A DNA stretch of 63,785 nucleotides, filler included, from Globobulimina sp. (taxonomy: Eukaryota): assembly GCA_003354225.1 (NCBI GenBank). It is 45 parts of 45 records of this genome, joined end to end, with 100 filler letters (N's around TTAATTAATTAA, not from the genome) between each part and the next. Parts side by side here need not be neighbours in the genome. Positions count along the whole stretch, not along the records: positions 49,696 to 51,014 come from PIVH01018740.1; positions 51,115 to 52,433 come from PIVH01018741.1; positions 52,534 to 53,852 come from PIVH01018742.1; positions 53,953 to 55,271 come from PIVH01018743.1; positions 55,372 to 56,690 come from PIVH01018744.1; positions 56,791 to 58,109 come from PIVH01018745.1; positions 58,210 to 59,528 come from PIVH01018746.1; positions 59,629 to 60,947 come from PIVH01018747.1; 37 more parts are not named here. One strand, written 5' to 3'. The stretch's first letter is position 1, and every line of letters begins with the position of its first letter. The notes beneath the pieces are model-generated. The model had not been told where the DNA came from. It was given only the letters and a program-made list of their open reading frames with translations, and ran no database searches. A program made the translations under genes and the position numbers. Shown here piece by piece: positions 50,794-62,513 of this stretch.

Positions 50794-51014
50794 TTATATT
50801 GATAAACGATAAACTATTATATTATACCTATCACTAGGTATTTTATAATGAACTGGTTGTGGATAAAGTTTTTCTTCTTTACATGATACTATTCCACCTT
50901 TATATATACATTCATTTTCACCTGTAATAAATTTATTGTCACCTCTTACGAAATAATAACCATTAAAATAACCTTCTTTTCTTCTCATAAAAAATGCTAT
51001 AAATAAAATTGCGA
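50794..51014 (-). CDS. Small hypothetical (viral-like) protein, C-terminal part
   Basis: Co-oriented ORF ending ~70 nt before the helicase start. Confidence 0.5.
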
Positions 51015-51114
51015 NNNNNNNNNNNNNNNNNNNNNNNNNNNNNNNNNNNNNNNNNNNNTTAATTAATTAANNNNNNNNNNNNNNNNNNNNNNNNNNNNNN
51101 NNNNNNNNNNNNNN

Positions 51115-51317
51115 AATGAAATCAAGGGAAAAAATATTTTAGTCGGGCAAACAAATATTTCCTGCAGAGGCTATCGCTAAAAAGGGCTCCGAACGCGGTG
51201 CTTTGTCGGGGGTCTATCTATTCTATACAATGTGAGGGATCCTTACATTGCCGCGCGGCCCGGCCTGTAATCAAATTCGAACGGTCGGCCCGGCCCGTTC
51301 TCTCATCTCTTACCTAG
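51115..51317 (+). mobile_element. Possible Helitron-like 3' terminus
   Basis: GC-rich hairpin GAACGG...CCGTTC (51279-51300), then CTAG|T 13 nt later. Confidence 0.45.
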
Positions 51318-52533
51318 TGTAATTCAATGTTTACAACATGAAACATGTCCTCATTTCAGTGGCCAACAATTTACATTATCGTGTCAAGCGCGATCAGCCG
51401 ATCCATCTAGTAGTAGTGGCAGTAGTTCAACAACAAAACATGTATCCGATTCGGAGTCTCCTCCATCACCAAACACAAACAGTAGTGCCGATTCACTGGG
51501 AATGTCAATCAAATCAACAAAATCTGTAGTTGCTGCAACTGCACCACAACGTAAGCAATTGAAGATAACAGAATGGTTTAAAATTGTCAATCGAAATGAT
51601 GATGATGCAGGTGGAAGTCAATCATAATCATATCATGATTAATATCGCAATTTTATAAGATTATATATTATTTTCTGAGTTTTATTTTGAATGTTCCAGT
51701 GTACGCTATTATAGTTGGTTTTAGCATGAATTTTTTAAATAGTTTTATTAATGATATCAGTGATCCGATCCGATGTTACCTGGTTCTGATTTAGTTCTCT
51801 TATGCCTTTACGCCACATTTTGTGATGTTACATGGTTATGATTTAGTTAGTTTGCTATTTTCTGAACTTTAAACTATACTTCTGTAATAGTTATACTTGT
51901 TTGAGAGTACATTTTGTTGTATTTATAAAGCTTTTTGGATTCGTGCTCTTCTCTACTGAATATCTTTAGAGTTTTTCACTCTGATGGCACTCAACGTCAC
52001 ATTACATTGAATGTCATTAAAATGTGTAGCTTAGCTTTGTGTCAATTCAATGAAGCAACTTCTGTTGGAGCTTCGACTGCTTGCTTCATTATACAACGGG
52101 AATAAGAAGCAAACAAGCAATGTTCGCTTGCTTCATTTGTCATTCAGATTGGTTCGAGATATGCCATGTTTAGGAAGGAATCCTGGGTGGTATCTTTTCT
52201 CCAACAAAATTTCTATCGAAGGAGCAAAAAATGCTGCCATGTGGTCAAAAACTTTTGCTTTTTTTCTCGTGACCCGTGCCTATTGAATGTTCAGCAAAAT
52301 ACTGGTTAAGATCGGTTTTTTGCTCTTTCCGATTAATATGTAGTAAACTTAATTGTAAAAAGGGCAAATACAAATTAACGACAGTCACTATAACTGTATA
52401 GAAATGTACAAATTTTGTGAAACATGATGGCTTNNNNNNNNNNNNNNNNNNNNNNNNNNNNNNNNNNNNNNNNNNNNTTAATTAATTAANNNNNNNNNNN
52501 NNNNNNNNNNNNNNNNNNNNNNNNNNNNNNNNN

Positions 52534-52634
52534 CTGATAAAAATGTTAAGGATTTGATTACTGAGTATCAGGACAAACAGGATGTTGTTGCGGATGTTGC
52601 CCTCGATGAGGATGAGGAGGATGATGACGACGAA

Positions 52635-52681
<47 letters not shown>

Positions 52682-52691
52682 TGATTTTTAA
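52534..52691 (+). CDS. Divergent (foraminiferan type-2-like) beta-tubulin C-terminus
   Basis: DKNVKDLITEYQDKQD + long acidic tail; canonical form is ESNMNDLVSEYQQYQD. Confidence 0.85.
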
Positions 52692-52821
52692 TTAAATATT
52701 TCTAATTACGTGAATATGATTGTTTGTGTACACTATAATTTTTTATTTGTTGTGTTTATAATATATATGCAGCTTTTTTGGTTGTTTGCTGATTTCATCT
52801 CAAGAAAGTCACTACTAAAAC

Positions 52822-53577
52822 ATGGCAACTTTGTTCTTGACCCCACCAAAGCTTACATTGTCAAAGCTGCTGTTGTTGATATTTGGAGTGGTTGTATTAT
52901 ATTTATTGATTGCTTACGAATGCCACAAAACAACTATTCACAATGAATTTGAATCATATTCGCGATCGATATCGCATCTGTTTATTAGTAATGAATCTAA
53001 AATATTTGAGATTGGTGTATCGAAAACCGGCACCTCATCGCTCGGAGCAGCGTTTATGAGATTGAGGTATAAACAGTGCAGTTGGAATGGACAATTATTC
53101 GATGACTGGAAGAGGACAGGAAATGTAGATAATATTATTAATGCGTCGAAGACATGCAATGCGTTCCGGGATGGACCATGGCATGATATTGACTTCAAAA
53201 TATGGCTCGCACATTACCCAAATGCGAAATTTATTTTGTTGGACAGAGATGACAAATCCTGGTTGAATAGCAAAGAGAAATGGGAGTCGCCGCAATATAA
53301 TGTTGCTCAGATTGCGCGCAAATATCTGAATAATGAATGGATTACAAACAGAGAGCAAATGAAAGAGAAATTGCTGAAATTGAAACATAACAAATATGAA
53401 AATATAATCAATTATTTTCACAAAATTGGCAAACAATCACAATTATTGATTATGAATCTTGCTCTCGGCGATGGATGGGATAAATTGTGTCCTTTCTTAA
53501 ATAACACAAATCCACCATGGTGTTATTCACCTGGTTACACGCTCAGATTTCCAAAATTAAATGTTCACAAAAAGTAA
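52822..53577 (+). CDS. Sulfotransferase-like P-loop protein (Sulfotransfer_4-like) with N-terminal TM
   Basis: IFEIGVSKTGTSSL, YPNAKFILLDRD..SWLNS, GDGWDKLCPFL. Confidence 0.88.
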   Translation: MATLFLTPPKLTLSKLLLLIFGVVVLYLLIAYECHKTTIHNEFESYSRSISHLFISNESKIFEIGVSKTGTSSLGAAFMRLRYKQCSWNGQLFDDWKRTGNVDNIINASKTCNAFRDGPWHDIDFKIWLAHYPNAKFILLDRDDKSWLNSKEKWESPQYNVAQIARKYLNNEWITNREQMKEKLLKLKHNKYENIINYFHKIGKQSQLLIMNLALGDGWDKLCPFLNNTNPPWCYSPGYTLRFPKLNVHKK

Positions 53578-54049
53578 TTATAAAAAGCATAAATGAATTG
53601 CAGACCTACACAATGCTTAAAGGAGAATAATTTAAGTATACTATAATTACAACAATTTACAAGGTTGAAAGGACAAAGTCAAATAAACTCATTAATGATA
53701 TTTAGTACTTCCTTCAACTGCTTGATTTGCTTTTAATTGTTTAAAATTTCTGACTAAGTCTCTTTTATCTGGAAATGAAGTGATATTAAATGGTTCCACT
53801 GACAATGTGGCAATATCCAAATCTGGCAAATATTCACCATTCGTTATGTCAGNNNNNNNNNNNNNNNNNNNNNNNNNNNNNNNNNNNNNNNNNNNNTTAA
53901 TTAATTAANNNNNNNNNNNNNNNNNNNNNNNNNNNNNNNNNNNNNNNNNNNNGGGACGCTGCACTGGGTGGACATACATGGCACTGTCACCCGCACATAT
54001 AACTGGAGCTTCAGTAACCCCTGAACCTCTGGAATTACGCTAAGCTTTT

Positions 54050-54086
54050 CGGGCTGTGCGTCCTTCACAGGATGCACAGCCCGTTT
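54050..54086 (+). terminator. Bacterial-type intrinsic terminator-like hairpin
   Basis: 15-bp stem CGGGCTGTGCGTCCT-TCAC-AGGATGCACAGCCCG + TTT, after a TGA at 54022-54024. Confidence 0.65.
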
Positions 54087-54227
54087 ACTATACACTCTCG
54101 CGCCGCTGGGCCTTCGCTGGGGATATCCGATCGAGAAATCCTTGCCTCCGGCCCCGGATGCTGAGAGAATCAAGACTCGCGGCCCCAACCGCCTCGTAGC
54201 GGACGGGGTTGTTGACCTTACAGGAGC

Positions 54228-55271
54228 AATTGCAATGTCTTTACCATATCTTGTGTTAATCATATCTTGTGTCAACGGGATCGTTAACAACACATAATGT
54301 GCTAAAATATCCTCACTATTTAACGATATTTGATCACCATCATATACCTGTCTTAACCTATGATATCCTGGCATTATATGCGAAATCCAAAAGTGTTTTT
54401 GAAACACTTTGCATTTCCATCCAACTACAATCAATAATATTTGTAAGCATATGAAACTGTACAATATTATCCATTCGAATATCAGATGTTTCCGCTTTGT
54501 AATATCCACACAACACATAATGATCCAAGGTAATAAAATATAAAACAGTCTCGATATCAGGTATAAAAACACTGTGATATACAACCCAAATGTTACATAT
54601 TTTATAATCAATCTATCACAGTGCCTATTTGCTGCACGTGAGTTATAAATAGAACTCAATTCATATTCAAACAATAACTGCATAAAATGAGTAGACACTA
54701 TGCAGTTTTTAGCCGCATGCTTCCGTAACATGCTCCATTTATCTTTTTTATCCAAGTATTTATAATCAAAATCAAACACAAACTTAAATAATGATAAATA
54801 ATCTTGTGTTGATAAAGCTTGTGTTGATAAAGAATCGCCAGTATTGAGCTTGTGTTGATAAATATATTCGAAATATGATCTGTTTATTGCAATAATTCTC
54901 AAATAAATATCTTTATCTTTATCATATGCGTTATTTATAAATTGCATAATCACTTCGTATGAAGAATGAATATAATTTAAGTTAAGCCACAATATCCTCG
55001 CAAGATAACTAAATATGATAAGTTGCGCTATAATACTGGCAAAACACACTGCTAATATACAAAACAGACAACATAATAACAGAAACATTGCTTTTTGAAA
55101 CTTGCTGAATAAACAGGAACAGCAGCCTACGAATACAAACCGCAATGCTTCACAACAATTTCCAGTCACTACAACAAACGCAATTGGAACGACACCAAAA
55201 AAGAACTGAGTGAGCAATACTTCGTCGATAATATTGAGCGGCGAGTGCGTGATTAATGAATATATCCATAA
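54228..55271 (-). CDS. Hypothetical multi-pass membrane protein, interrupted by GC-rich foreign DNA
   Basis: Long AT-rich ORF with TM helices; composition switches abruptly near 54228. Confidence 0.6.
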
Positions 55272-55371
55272 NNNNNNNNNNNNNNNNNNNNNNNNNNNNN
55301 NNNNNNNNNNNNNNNTTAATTAATTAANNNNNNNNNNNNNNNNNNNNNNNNNNNNNNNNNNNNNNNNNNNN

Positions 55372-55933
55372 CTGGAATATCCAATAAAAGTCCTTGTGTG
55401 GCCCATCCCGTGGTGGATTGGTCAATGTAGTTCATCCAAACCTGAGGTATATATTTTATTGGATTTATGATCACTTTGATATATCCAAAGAATGAGACGG
55501 TTGACATTGATCCCATTGATCCAAACCATGGCATTATATCAAAAGCAACAGACAGCACTATGTTATATACACCGACGACCCATAGAATCAATGCGAAAAT
55601 AATTGCAAACATTGACGGTTTCTGTTTTCCTTTGTCATAAATTAATATTTGAAGGCAACAAACTACGGTTAATATCAATGCGTGGATTGAAAACGCGATA
55701 TCATTGATTGCGACGGGATTATTTGTTTTGTCATTGTAATGAATAAAGGTAGCAACACAATAAATAGAATAAAATATGTATCCAGTCAAATTATAGACTC
55801 CTTTGTAATCAAATGATAAGCCAATAACGCATTTGCGACGATAATTCAATATGATTTGCGGATAAAATGCGACTGACCATACTAAAAAATATAGCCATCC
55901 CACAATACTTAGAAACACGTCGACTACGCGCAT
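55372..55933 (-). CDS. CTNS: Cystinosin-like PQ-loop lysosomal transporter, 3' truncated
   Basis: GWLYFLVWSVAFYPQIILNYRRKCVIGLSFD...NDIAFSIHA...KYIPQ..MNY..QSTTGW. Confidence 0.92.
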
Positions 55934-55990
55934 GATGGAGGATGTCGAAAGATTTATGTACTACTAAATAAAAAACTTGCGCGGCTGTTG

Positions 55991-56690
55991 ATGTCTCATT
56001 TTCAAGGCTTTGAGTCGCCTCAACCGACTGTTTTAAATTTCAATTCAAGACGTTCTGTAGTATTATCTAGTTATGGCGCCGTTTGCTCCTCACAACCACT
56101 GGTTTCTCAAATTGGCCAATCAATCTTAAAAGATGGTGGGAATGCGGTGGATGCGGCAGTTGCAATGAATTTTGCTCTTTCAGTGATTGAACCATTTTCA
56201 ACAGGTTTAGGTGGAGACTGCTTTATGTTATATTACTCAAATAAAGAAAGAAAAGTTTATGGTTTAAATGGTTCAGGAAGAACCTCAGCATCATTGACAT
56301 CGGCAGAGTGTGATAAATATAATAACTCTGATATTTCACCATTAAATCCATTGAATATTACAGTGCCTGGAAATGTTTGTGGTTCATTTGATGTTCTCAA
56401 TAAATTTGGCACAATGTCTCGTGAAAGAATAATATCTCCGGCATTGTTATTAGCGAATAATGGATGGCCGGTTACTCCCATTACATCATATTATTGGTCA
56501 ACGAGATTTAAATCTCTTTATAACAGCGATATTTATAAAAATTGGAATGAATTATTAATGGAGAAAACATGCTTACCACCAAAACCAGGACAAATCATGA
56601 AAAATAAATATATTGCAAATACATTGAAAAAATTAATGGTTTATGGAAAAAATGAATTTTATAATGGTTCCATTGCTGATTCAATCATTG
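55991..56690 (+). CDS. ggt: Gamma-glutamyltranspeptidase family protein, N-terminal part
   Basis: RRSVV...SSQPL...GGNAVDAAVA...EPFSTGLGGDCF...LNGSGR...TVPG. Confidence 0.93.
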
Positions 56691-57122
56691 NNNNNNNNNN
56701 NNNNNNNNNNNNNNNNNNNNNNNNNNNNNNNNNNTTAATTAATTAANNNNNNNNNNNNNNNNNNNNNNNNNNNNNNNNNNNNNNNNNNNNCTGATTGACA
56801 GAAAAACCTTTTCAAAACCTTGAGAAACGTTTCTGTCTGCAGCGAGAGAGAAGAATCGCAAAGTTCCAAAATCCCAAAAGTCTATGGATCCTAAAACATG
56901 AACGACAATGATTATGAAAATATGTATAAATATATTTGTAGTTGTTTAAAAACATATTCTTATCATATTGTTGAAGTTTTGAAGATTTCTTAAAGTTTTG
57001 AAGACATGTGAAGTTTTTTCAGTGAACATCGGTCACTTAATGGTAAAATGGTATAATTATTAGTATTGTATATTTATCCCAAACAGCGTGTACGTTAATT
57101 AACCATATATACCCATATATAC

Positions 57123-58109
57123 ATGCAACAGCAGTCAGCTATACAAAGAAGACCTCCTCCACCACCAGTAAAATTCAGAAAATCACCACAACTAAGCCCA
57201 CATTCATCCAATTCAAGCAATACTAATTCGACCATAAATCAAAATGACACACCAAGGTCTTGCAGCTCTCCACCACCACCAAAGCCAAAACCAAAAAAAT
57301 CAGCCAAAATGCCACCAAAAAGACCCATCTCACCTCTCAATTATAATAAGCAGAAACCAACTCGTTCTCGACAATCCATTGAACAGCAAAAAAAAAAAAT
57401 CAAAATCAAAACCGAAAACAAAAACAAAAACAAAAACAAACACAAAAACACCAAAACGTAATTCACAGAAACCACCACCAGTTCCGCAGCATTTATTGGA
57501 TAAATATAAAAACAATATCAAACCGACAACCTCACCCAATAGAAAGCAGATGGAAAAATTAAATAAAGTCATTAAGCACAAAAACAATAAAAGGAGCTCT
57601 CTCTCGCTCAGAAAACGCAAAAAGGAGCTCAGAAAACACAAAAGCTGCTATTCTCAAAATACAAACAATATCGGTATAAAATTACAAATAATCTGCTTAA
57701 TAAAATCTAACATATATACTATGATATTCTCACAACATATAAATAACAGATGCAGCTGCATTTAATTCATTATTACTAACACAAGACATTGAGACTTATA
57801 AAGTGATCTTTTGCACTCTCGTTTGCGGCATTGAGTTAATACCATTTGACAGGGACAGTAACTTAGGCGCAGTGGTTGTAAAATGCCATACCAATTTCAG
57901 TAAAAAAAAAGTGATTTTACAATCCTTATTAGTGAGCATAAACGGCCAAGTTTGCATAGACACTGATTATGATTCCATACTACAAATAATATCCAACTCG
58001 ACCCGACCTCTAAAATTAACGTTTCATCCTCCAACATTGAATAAAAACGATATGATCGATGAATTTTCAAATACAAATACAAAGAAACGAGCGGATGATA
58101 CCAAGTTTG
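57123..58109 (+). CDS. Pro/Lys-rich protein with a PDZ-like domain, multi-exon
   Basis: PPPP tracts; GIEL...VV...LVSING......YDSILQII....RPLKLTF. Confidence 0.55.
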
Positions 58110-58209
58110 NNNNNNNNNNNNNNNNNNNNNNNNNNNNNNNNNNNNNNNNNNNNTTAATTAATTAANNNNNNNNNNNNNNNNNNNNNNNNNNNNNNNNNNN
58201 NNNNNNNNN

Positions 58210-59528
58210 CCATTCGTCAGTAATTGGATGGTCAACTTTTAAATTACGTAATTGTGATAACCAATTATCGAATTCTGGAGTAGCTCGCTCTTGTCCTTCC
58301 AAAATAACCATTTGAAATTTGGTAAATAATTGAGCTCCTGCATGATAAGCTGTATTTGGCATACGCAAACCGAGTGCTAACATTACTGCAGCTTGATACA
58401 GTGCTGGTTTATTCAAATATTCCTCAACGGGCGGAAATTGATACATATCACCAATAAGTAAAACACTTAATCCTCCAAATAACATTTCATTTTCTAAAGC
58501 TATTTGTAAATATGTATTTATTTTTACTAATGTTACAGGTGTCAGCATGCTTACTTCATCTATAACTAACAATTCAACACCTTCACAAGCTTTTACAATT
58601 TTGGTTTTTGCCCTTGCACTTATAGTTGTTTCTTTAAAATTAGGATAATTTTTTCCCAATCCAAGAATATGGTTAATAGTGTCAGATTTTAATTCTGCAG
58701 CTGCAGAACCTGTAGTTCCAGAAAATATTGCTTTCATCCCTAATAATTCAGCTAATTTTCTAGCTATTGTTGATTTGCCAGCACCAGGTGAACCTTGCAT
58801 GAATACCATAAATTGTCCATCTTTTCGATCTATTTTTCCGACAGACATCTTTTTGATTTTACTTAATAAAGTTAGCATTTTCTCTTGAGAATCTGATAAT
58901 TTAATTTCTTCCTTTTCTTTAAATTCAATAATGTCTTCATCATCATCATCATCAATTATCATAGGATCAAAAGCATCAACTTTTTGCTCCAATTCAACAG
59001 TTGACTCATCGTCTAAAAAACATTTAATTGCGTTTTTGCAAATTTCAAATGTATATTTCTTGAATATCATTGGAACCTCTCGTTGTCGTTTGTTTGCTTT
59101 CTGTAAATGATTATAAATGTCAACTTGTTTATTAACATATACAGTAGCAATGTGTCTATTTTTTTGTTTTGTTGTTAAAAAATTATCTTTACCAGTACCA
59201 TATTTTTCACGGATTTTGTCACATATATTTTCTAATAAATCATATTCATTGGTAATATCTTCAGTTTTTTCAGATTGATTCCTAGTACGGTAAGATGGTT
59301 CTTCTTTAGTGTGATTATCTAATGTATCAGCCTCTAAAAAACGCCATTTAGTTACTAACTTTCTTTCTGACATTTGTTGACGCATATTATCAACCATATT
59401 TTGAAATATACATGAGATAGTATATTCATAACTATTTGTACTATTTTCAAAATCATTAAAGACTTTCCAAAAATTATCCCAAGATTGTTCTTCGTTCCAA
59501 GGTAAAATATTGTTATATGGTTCTATTG
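58210..59528 (-). mobile_element. PIF1-family helicase region, probably Helitron-type RepHel
   Basis: GSPGAGKS, TTGSAA, TI..ILGL, IDEVSM, FGGLSVLLIGDMYQFPPV; intronless frame spans the contig. Confidence 0.75.
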
Positions 59529-59997
59529 NNNNNNNNNNNNNNNNNNNNNNNNNNNNNNNNNNNNNNNNNNNNTTAATTAATTAANNNNNNNNNNNNNNNN
59601 NNNNNNNNNNNNNNNNNNNNNNNNNNNNAATGATGAACATAATAAAGTAAGAAACAAGAAAGAGGAAGCAACCTGGACTCACATTGCAAATCGGCTATAT
59701 CCGTGTTATTCGCATTATTGTGATCCGGAATTAATCAGCAAAAATAGCAGAGTTAAAATTAATTTAATTAGTTACGAATTAAAGGAATAAATATGTTGTT
59801 GTGTTGTTGTATTACTGTGTTACTTAGACCGATCCAAATAGAACTGGCATTTTTTCGATTTATTTGACAATTATATATTGAATGGATTTATATCCATTCG
59901 TTTCTATTCAAATCCATTAAATATATAAATCTAAAAAATGGCAGTCTTAATGGCAGTCTTATTACTTGTCTTGTATTTATATGAACATAGAAAAGAA

Positions 59998-60867
59998 TCA
60001 CTTTGATAGTATTGATACTGTGTCCATCTTCATCTCCATTGATTGATAGTGTATAACAGTGTCATCACTTGGCTTAATATATGTATACCAGACAGCAGCA
60101 TTGGTCCATCCAACACAATGAATACAAATCATATGATAATATACTAATTTAACTGATATTTCGTCAGTAAATTGGCTATACATTCTATCTGTTATAGGAC
60201 CACTCCATACAAATACAAATACTACAGAGTACCAAACCAATTTTGATGTTAACTTTCGTATCGTTTTATCTTGTTTCATAACACAAAATGTATACAATAA
60301 TATAAATACTGCACATAAGAAATAAAGAATAATAAATCCATATAAACAAAAGTAATCATTTTTATTTTCAATCCAACATTGATAGGTTGTTAAGCCGTAA
60401 TCTTCTGCAGAATTGTCAGTGAAACCATATGATCCTTCATTGGGTGTAAGGAATGGAAGTATCATAACTACGATGCATATAATACATAAAAGTGCTAAAT
60501 GGTATCTTCTTTGCTCAGCTATGGCAAACATTGGTTTTTTGTTACTCATTGGAATTAATATAAATGTTACAATCACAAAATTCCATGTTGCTGAGCATAT
60601 TGCCGAAAAATTGTGTATTGCTCCAAACACACCACAAAGCCAATCAGGTAGTTTGGAAATAAATGTCAATTTAAATGCGGGATTCGATACATACACCGAT
60701 CGCATTGAGACAAATAAAAAATCAGCCATAGACATGTATGCTACATAGTCATTCAATAAATCATTTTTACGTTGATTTTTGTGTTTTTTGCTACGATGCC
60801 AGGAGTATATAATATATGAAGATCCAATAAGAGAAGGAATACAAGGTTTGGTTATCCATTTTTGCAC
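59998..60867 (-). CDS. cAMP-receptor-like (Dicty_CAR/Git3-type) GPCR
   Basis: SLIGSSYII, YMSMADF, LCGVFGAI, W, YG...CWI, Y.VVFVFVW.P, GW.NA.V. Confidence 0.8.
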   Translation of the reverse strand: MQKWITKPCIPSLIGSSYIIYSWHRSKKHKNQRKNDLLNDYVAYMSMADFLFVSMRSVYVSNPAFKLTFISKLPDWLCGVFGAIHNFSAICSATWNFVIVTFILIPMSNKKPMFAIAEQRRYHLALLCIICIVVMILPFLTPNEGSYGFTDNSAEDYGLTTYQCWIENKNDYFCLYGFIILYFLCAVFILLYTFCVMKQDKTIRKLTSKLVWYSVVFVFVWSGPITDRMYSQFTDEISVKLVYYHMICIHCVGWTNAAVWYTYIKPSDDTVIHYQSMEMKMDTVSILSK

Positions 60868-61172
60868 TAAGCTTACTGTAATTACAAAGTTATTCGGGGA
60901 GACGACTGACTAATTATATCTCAACGATATATTCCATTAGCTAACCCNNNNNNNNNNNNNNNNNNNNNNNNNNNNNNNNNNNNNNNNNNNNTTAATTAAT
61001 TAANNNNNNNNNNNNNNNNNNNNNNNNNNNNNNNNNNNNNNNNNNNNGGATCTTTGCAGCGGTGGTTTATGATAATAATCATCTCCATATTCGTTTTGTG
61101 TTACTCCTATTCAACACACAAAGTACATATAAAAAGTAAAAACGTATACAAATAAAAGCGTATAGAATATAC

Positions 61173-62141
61173 TTAACCAATATGACGAACAACATCCCTC
61201 TCCTCATTGGCTGCAAACACCATATTCGCATCGCGGAAACTCAATACCTTCCGTTTATTTTTATTTTTTTTGCCTCTCTGCATCTGTGACTGTGTAGACT
61301 CTGCACGTGTTCTGGCTGCGTGTTTCTGTTTCATTTTGTTTTTCTTTTTGTCCTTCTTACGGAATACACGGGGCAAAGAAAAGGACGATTTAGATTGCTG
61401 TTGCTGTGCATACGTCAATTGGTTTGGATTTTGATTTGCATTCAACTGATTATTTGGTGCAGAATGTGCAGAGTGAACAGAGGGTATACTCTCAGGACTA
61501 TACAGGCCCTGCGGACCAGCATTATGTGGGCCACTGTGCGCACTCAAAGAGCCGCTGCCGTTGGAGGCCAATGCCAATTTATGCGTATTGTGTATTTCTG
61601 GCTGGGGACTACTGCCCAGAACAACGGGTTTGGCTGTCCTCTGCCGTCTGAATTGTGCATTATAGTTTGGGTCGAAACTATTTTCAGAGATTTGCGACAT
61701 TTGCGACATGGAACGATTGTTGAGCTGCAATTGCAGAAATGAAGGCGTGTCTGGCTCGATGGGAGAATGATAGCGTAAGAAGGCAGAGTTGGAGGAGGAG
61801 GGATAAGTCGGCGTTGTTTTAGAATAGGTACCGGTTGGCGAGGAATGGTAGGATACGGTTTTGTTGTTTTTGAGGGTGTTTATGTTGCGATGGGCATGAT
61901 TTGTGTTGATGTTATTGATGCTGTTTACGTTGTGTTGAGGTTGAGGTTGAGGTTGCATGTGATGGTAATGGTGATGACTGTGACTGTTGCTGTTATCATT
62001 GAGCAGTTTAATTTGCGTTGGTCGCAATGGTTTGGTGTGTTGGTGTGGCGTTTGTTGATATTGATATGGTTGTTGTTGTTGTTGCATGTAGCGAGCATTT
62101 TGCATGGATTCCCAATCACGGGTTGGTTGAGCGGACTGCAT
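61173..62141 (-). CDS. Gln/His/Ser-rich low-complexity protein, N-terminal exon
   Basis: 322-aa ORF with ATG; followed by an intron-like tract. Confidence 0.6.
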   Translation of the reverse strand: MQSAQPTRDWESMQNARYMQQQQQPYQYQQTPHQHTKPLRPTQIKLLNDNSNSHSHHHYHHMQPQPQPQHNVNSINNINTNHAHRNINTLKNNKTVSYHSSPTGTYSKTTPTYPSSSNSAFLRYHSPIEPDTPSFLQLQLNNRSMSQMSQISENSFDPNYNAQFRRQRTAKPVVLGSSPQPEIHNTHKLALASNGSGSLSAHSGPHNAGPQGLYSPESIPSVHSAHSAPNNQLNANQNPNQLTYAQQQQSKSSFSLPRVFRKKDKKKNKMKQKHAARTRAESTQSQMQRGKKNKNKRKVLSFRDANMVFAANEERDVVRHIG

Positions 62142-62513
62142 CGTGAAAGGATGGTTTCTGTTAAAGATGTTTTTTAGTTGAAAAATAAAATTAAGTTTAA
62201 AAAGAAAAAAAAAGAAAGAAAAAAGAAAATTAAATCAATTTGTCAGAATTACTCAAGTTCCATTTCAAGTGATTTATTTTTTATCACTATCATTCCATTC
62301 AAAATGCCAATTCCAACCATTTGGATTGTTATCATTATTATTTAGATCTAGATCAAAATTCGCTTCNNNNNNNNNNNNNNNNNNNNNNNNNNNNNNNNNN
62401 NNNNNNNNNNTTAATTAATTAANNNNNNNNNNNNNNNNNNNNNNNNNNNNNNNNNNNNNNNNNNNNGATGTGTGTAATTAAATAAAAATACTTAGAACAT
62501 CGAAACAAAAAGC

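Noticed and set aside
53953..54227. C-terminal extension of the 438-aa minus-strand ORF
   Set aside because: Read-through into the antisense of the GC-rich bacterial piece.
806..62177. Many short antisense or overlapping ORFs in the track
   Set aside because: Shadows of real genes or of low-complexity DNA, with no independent motifs.
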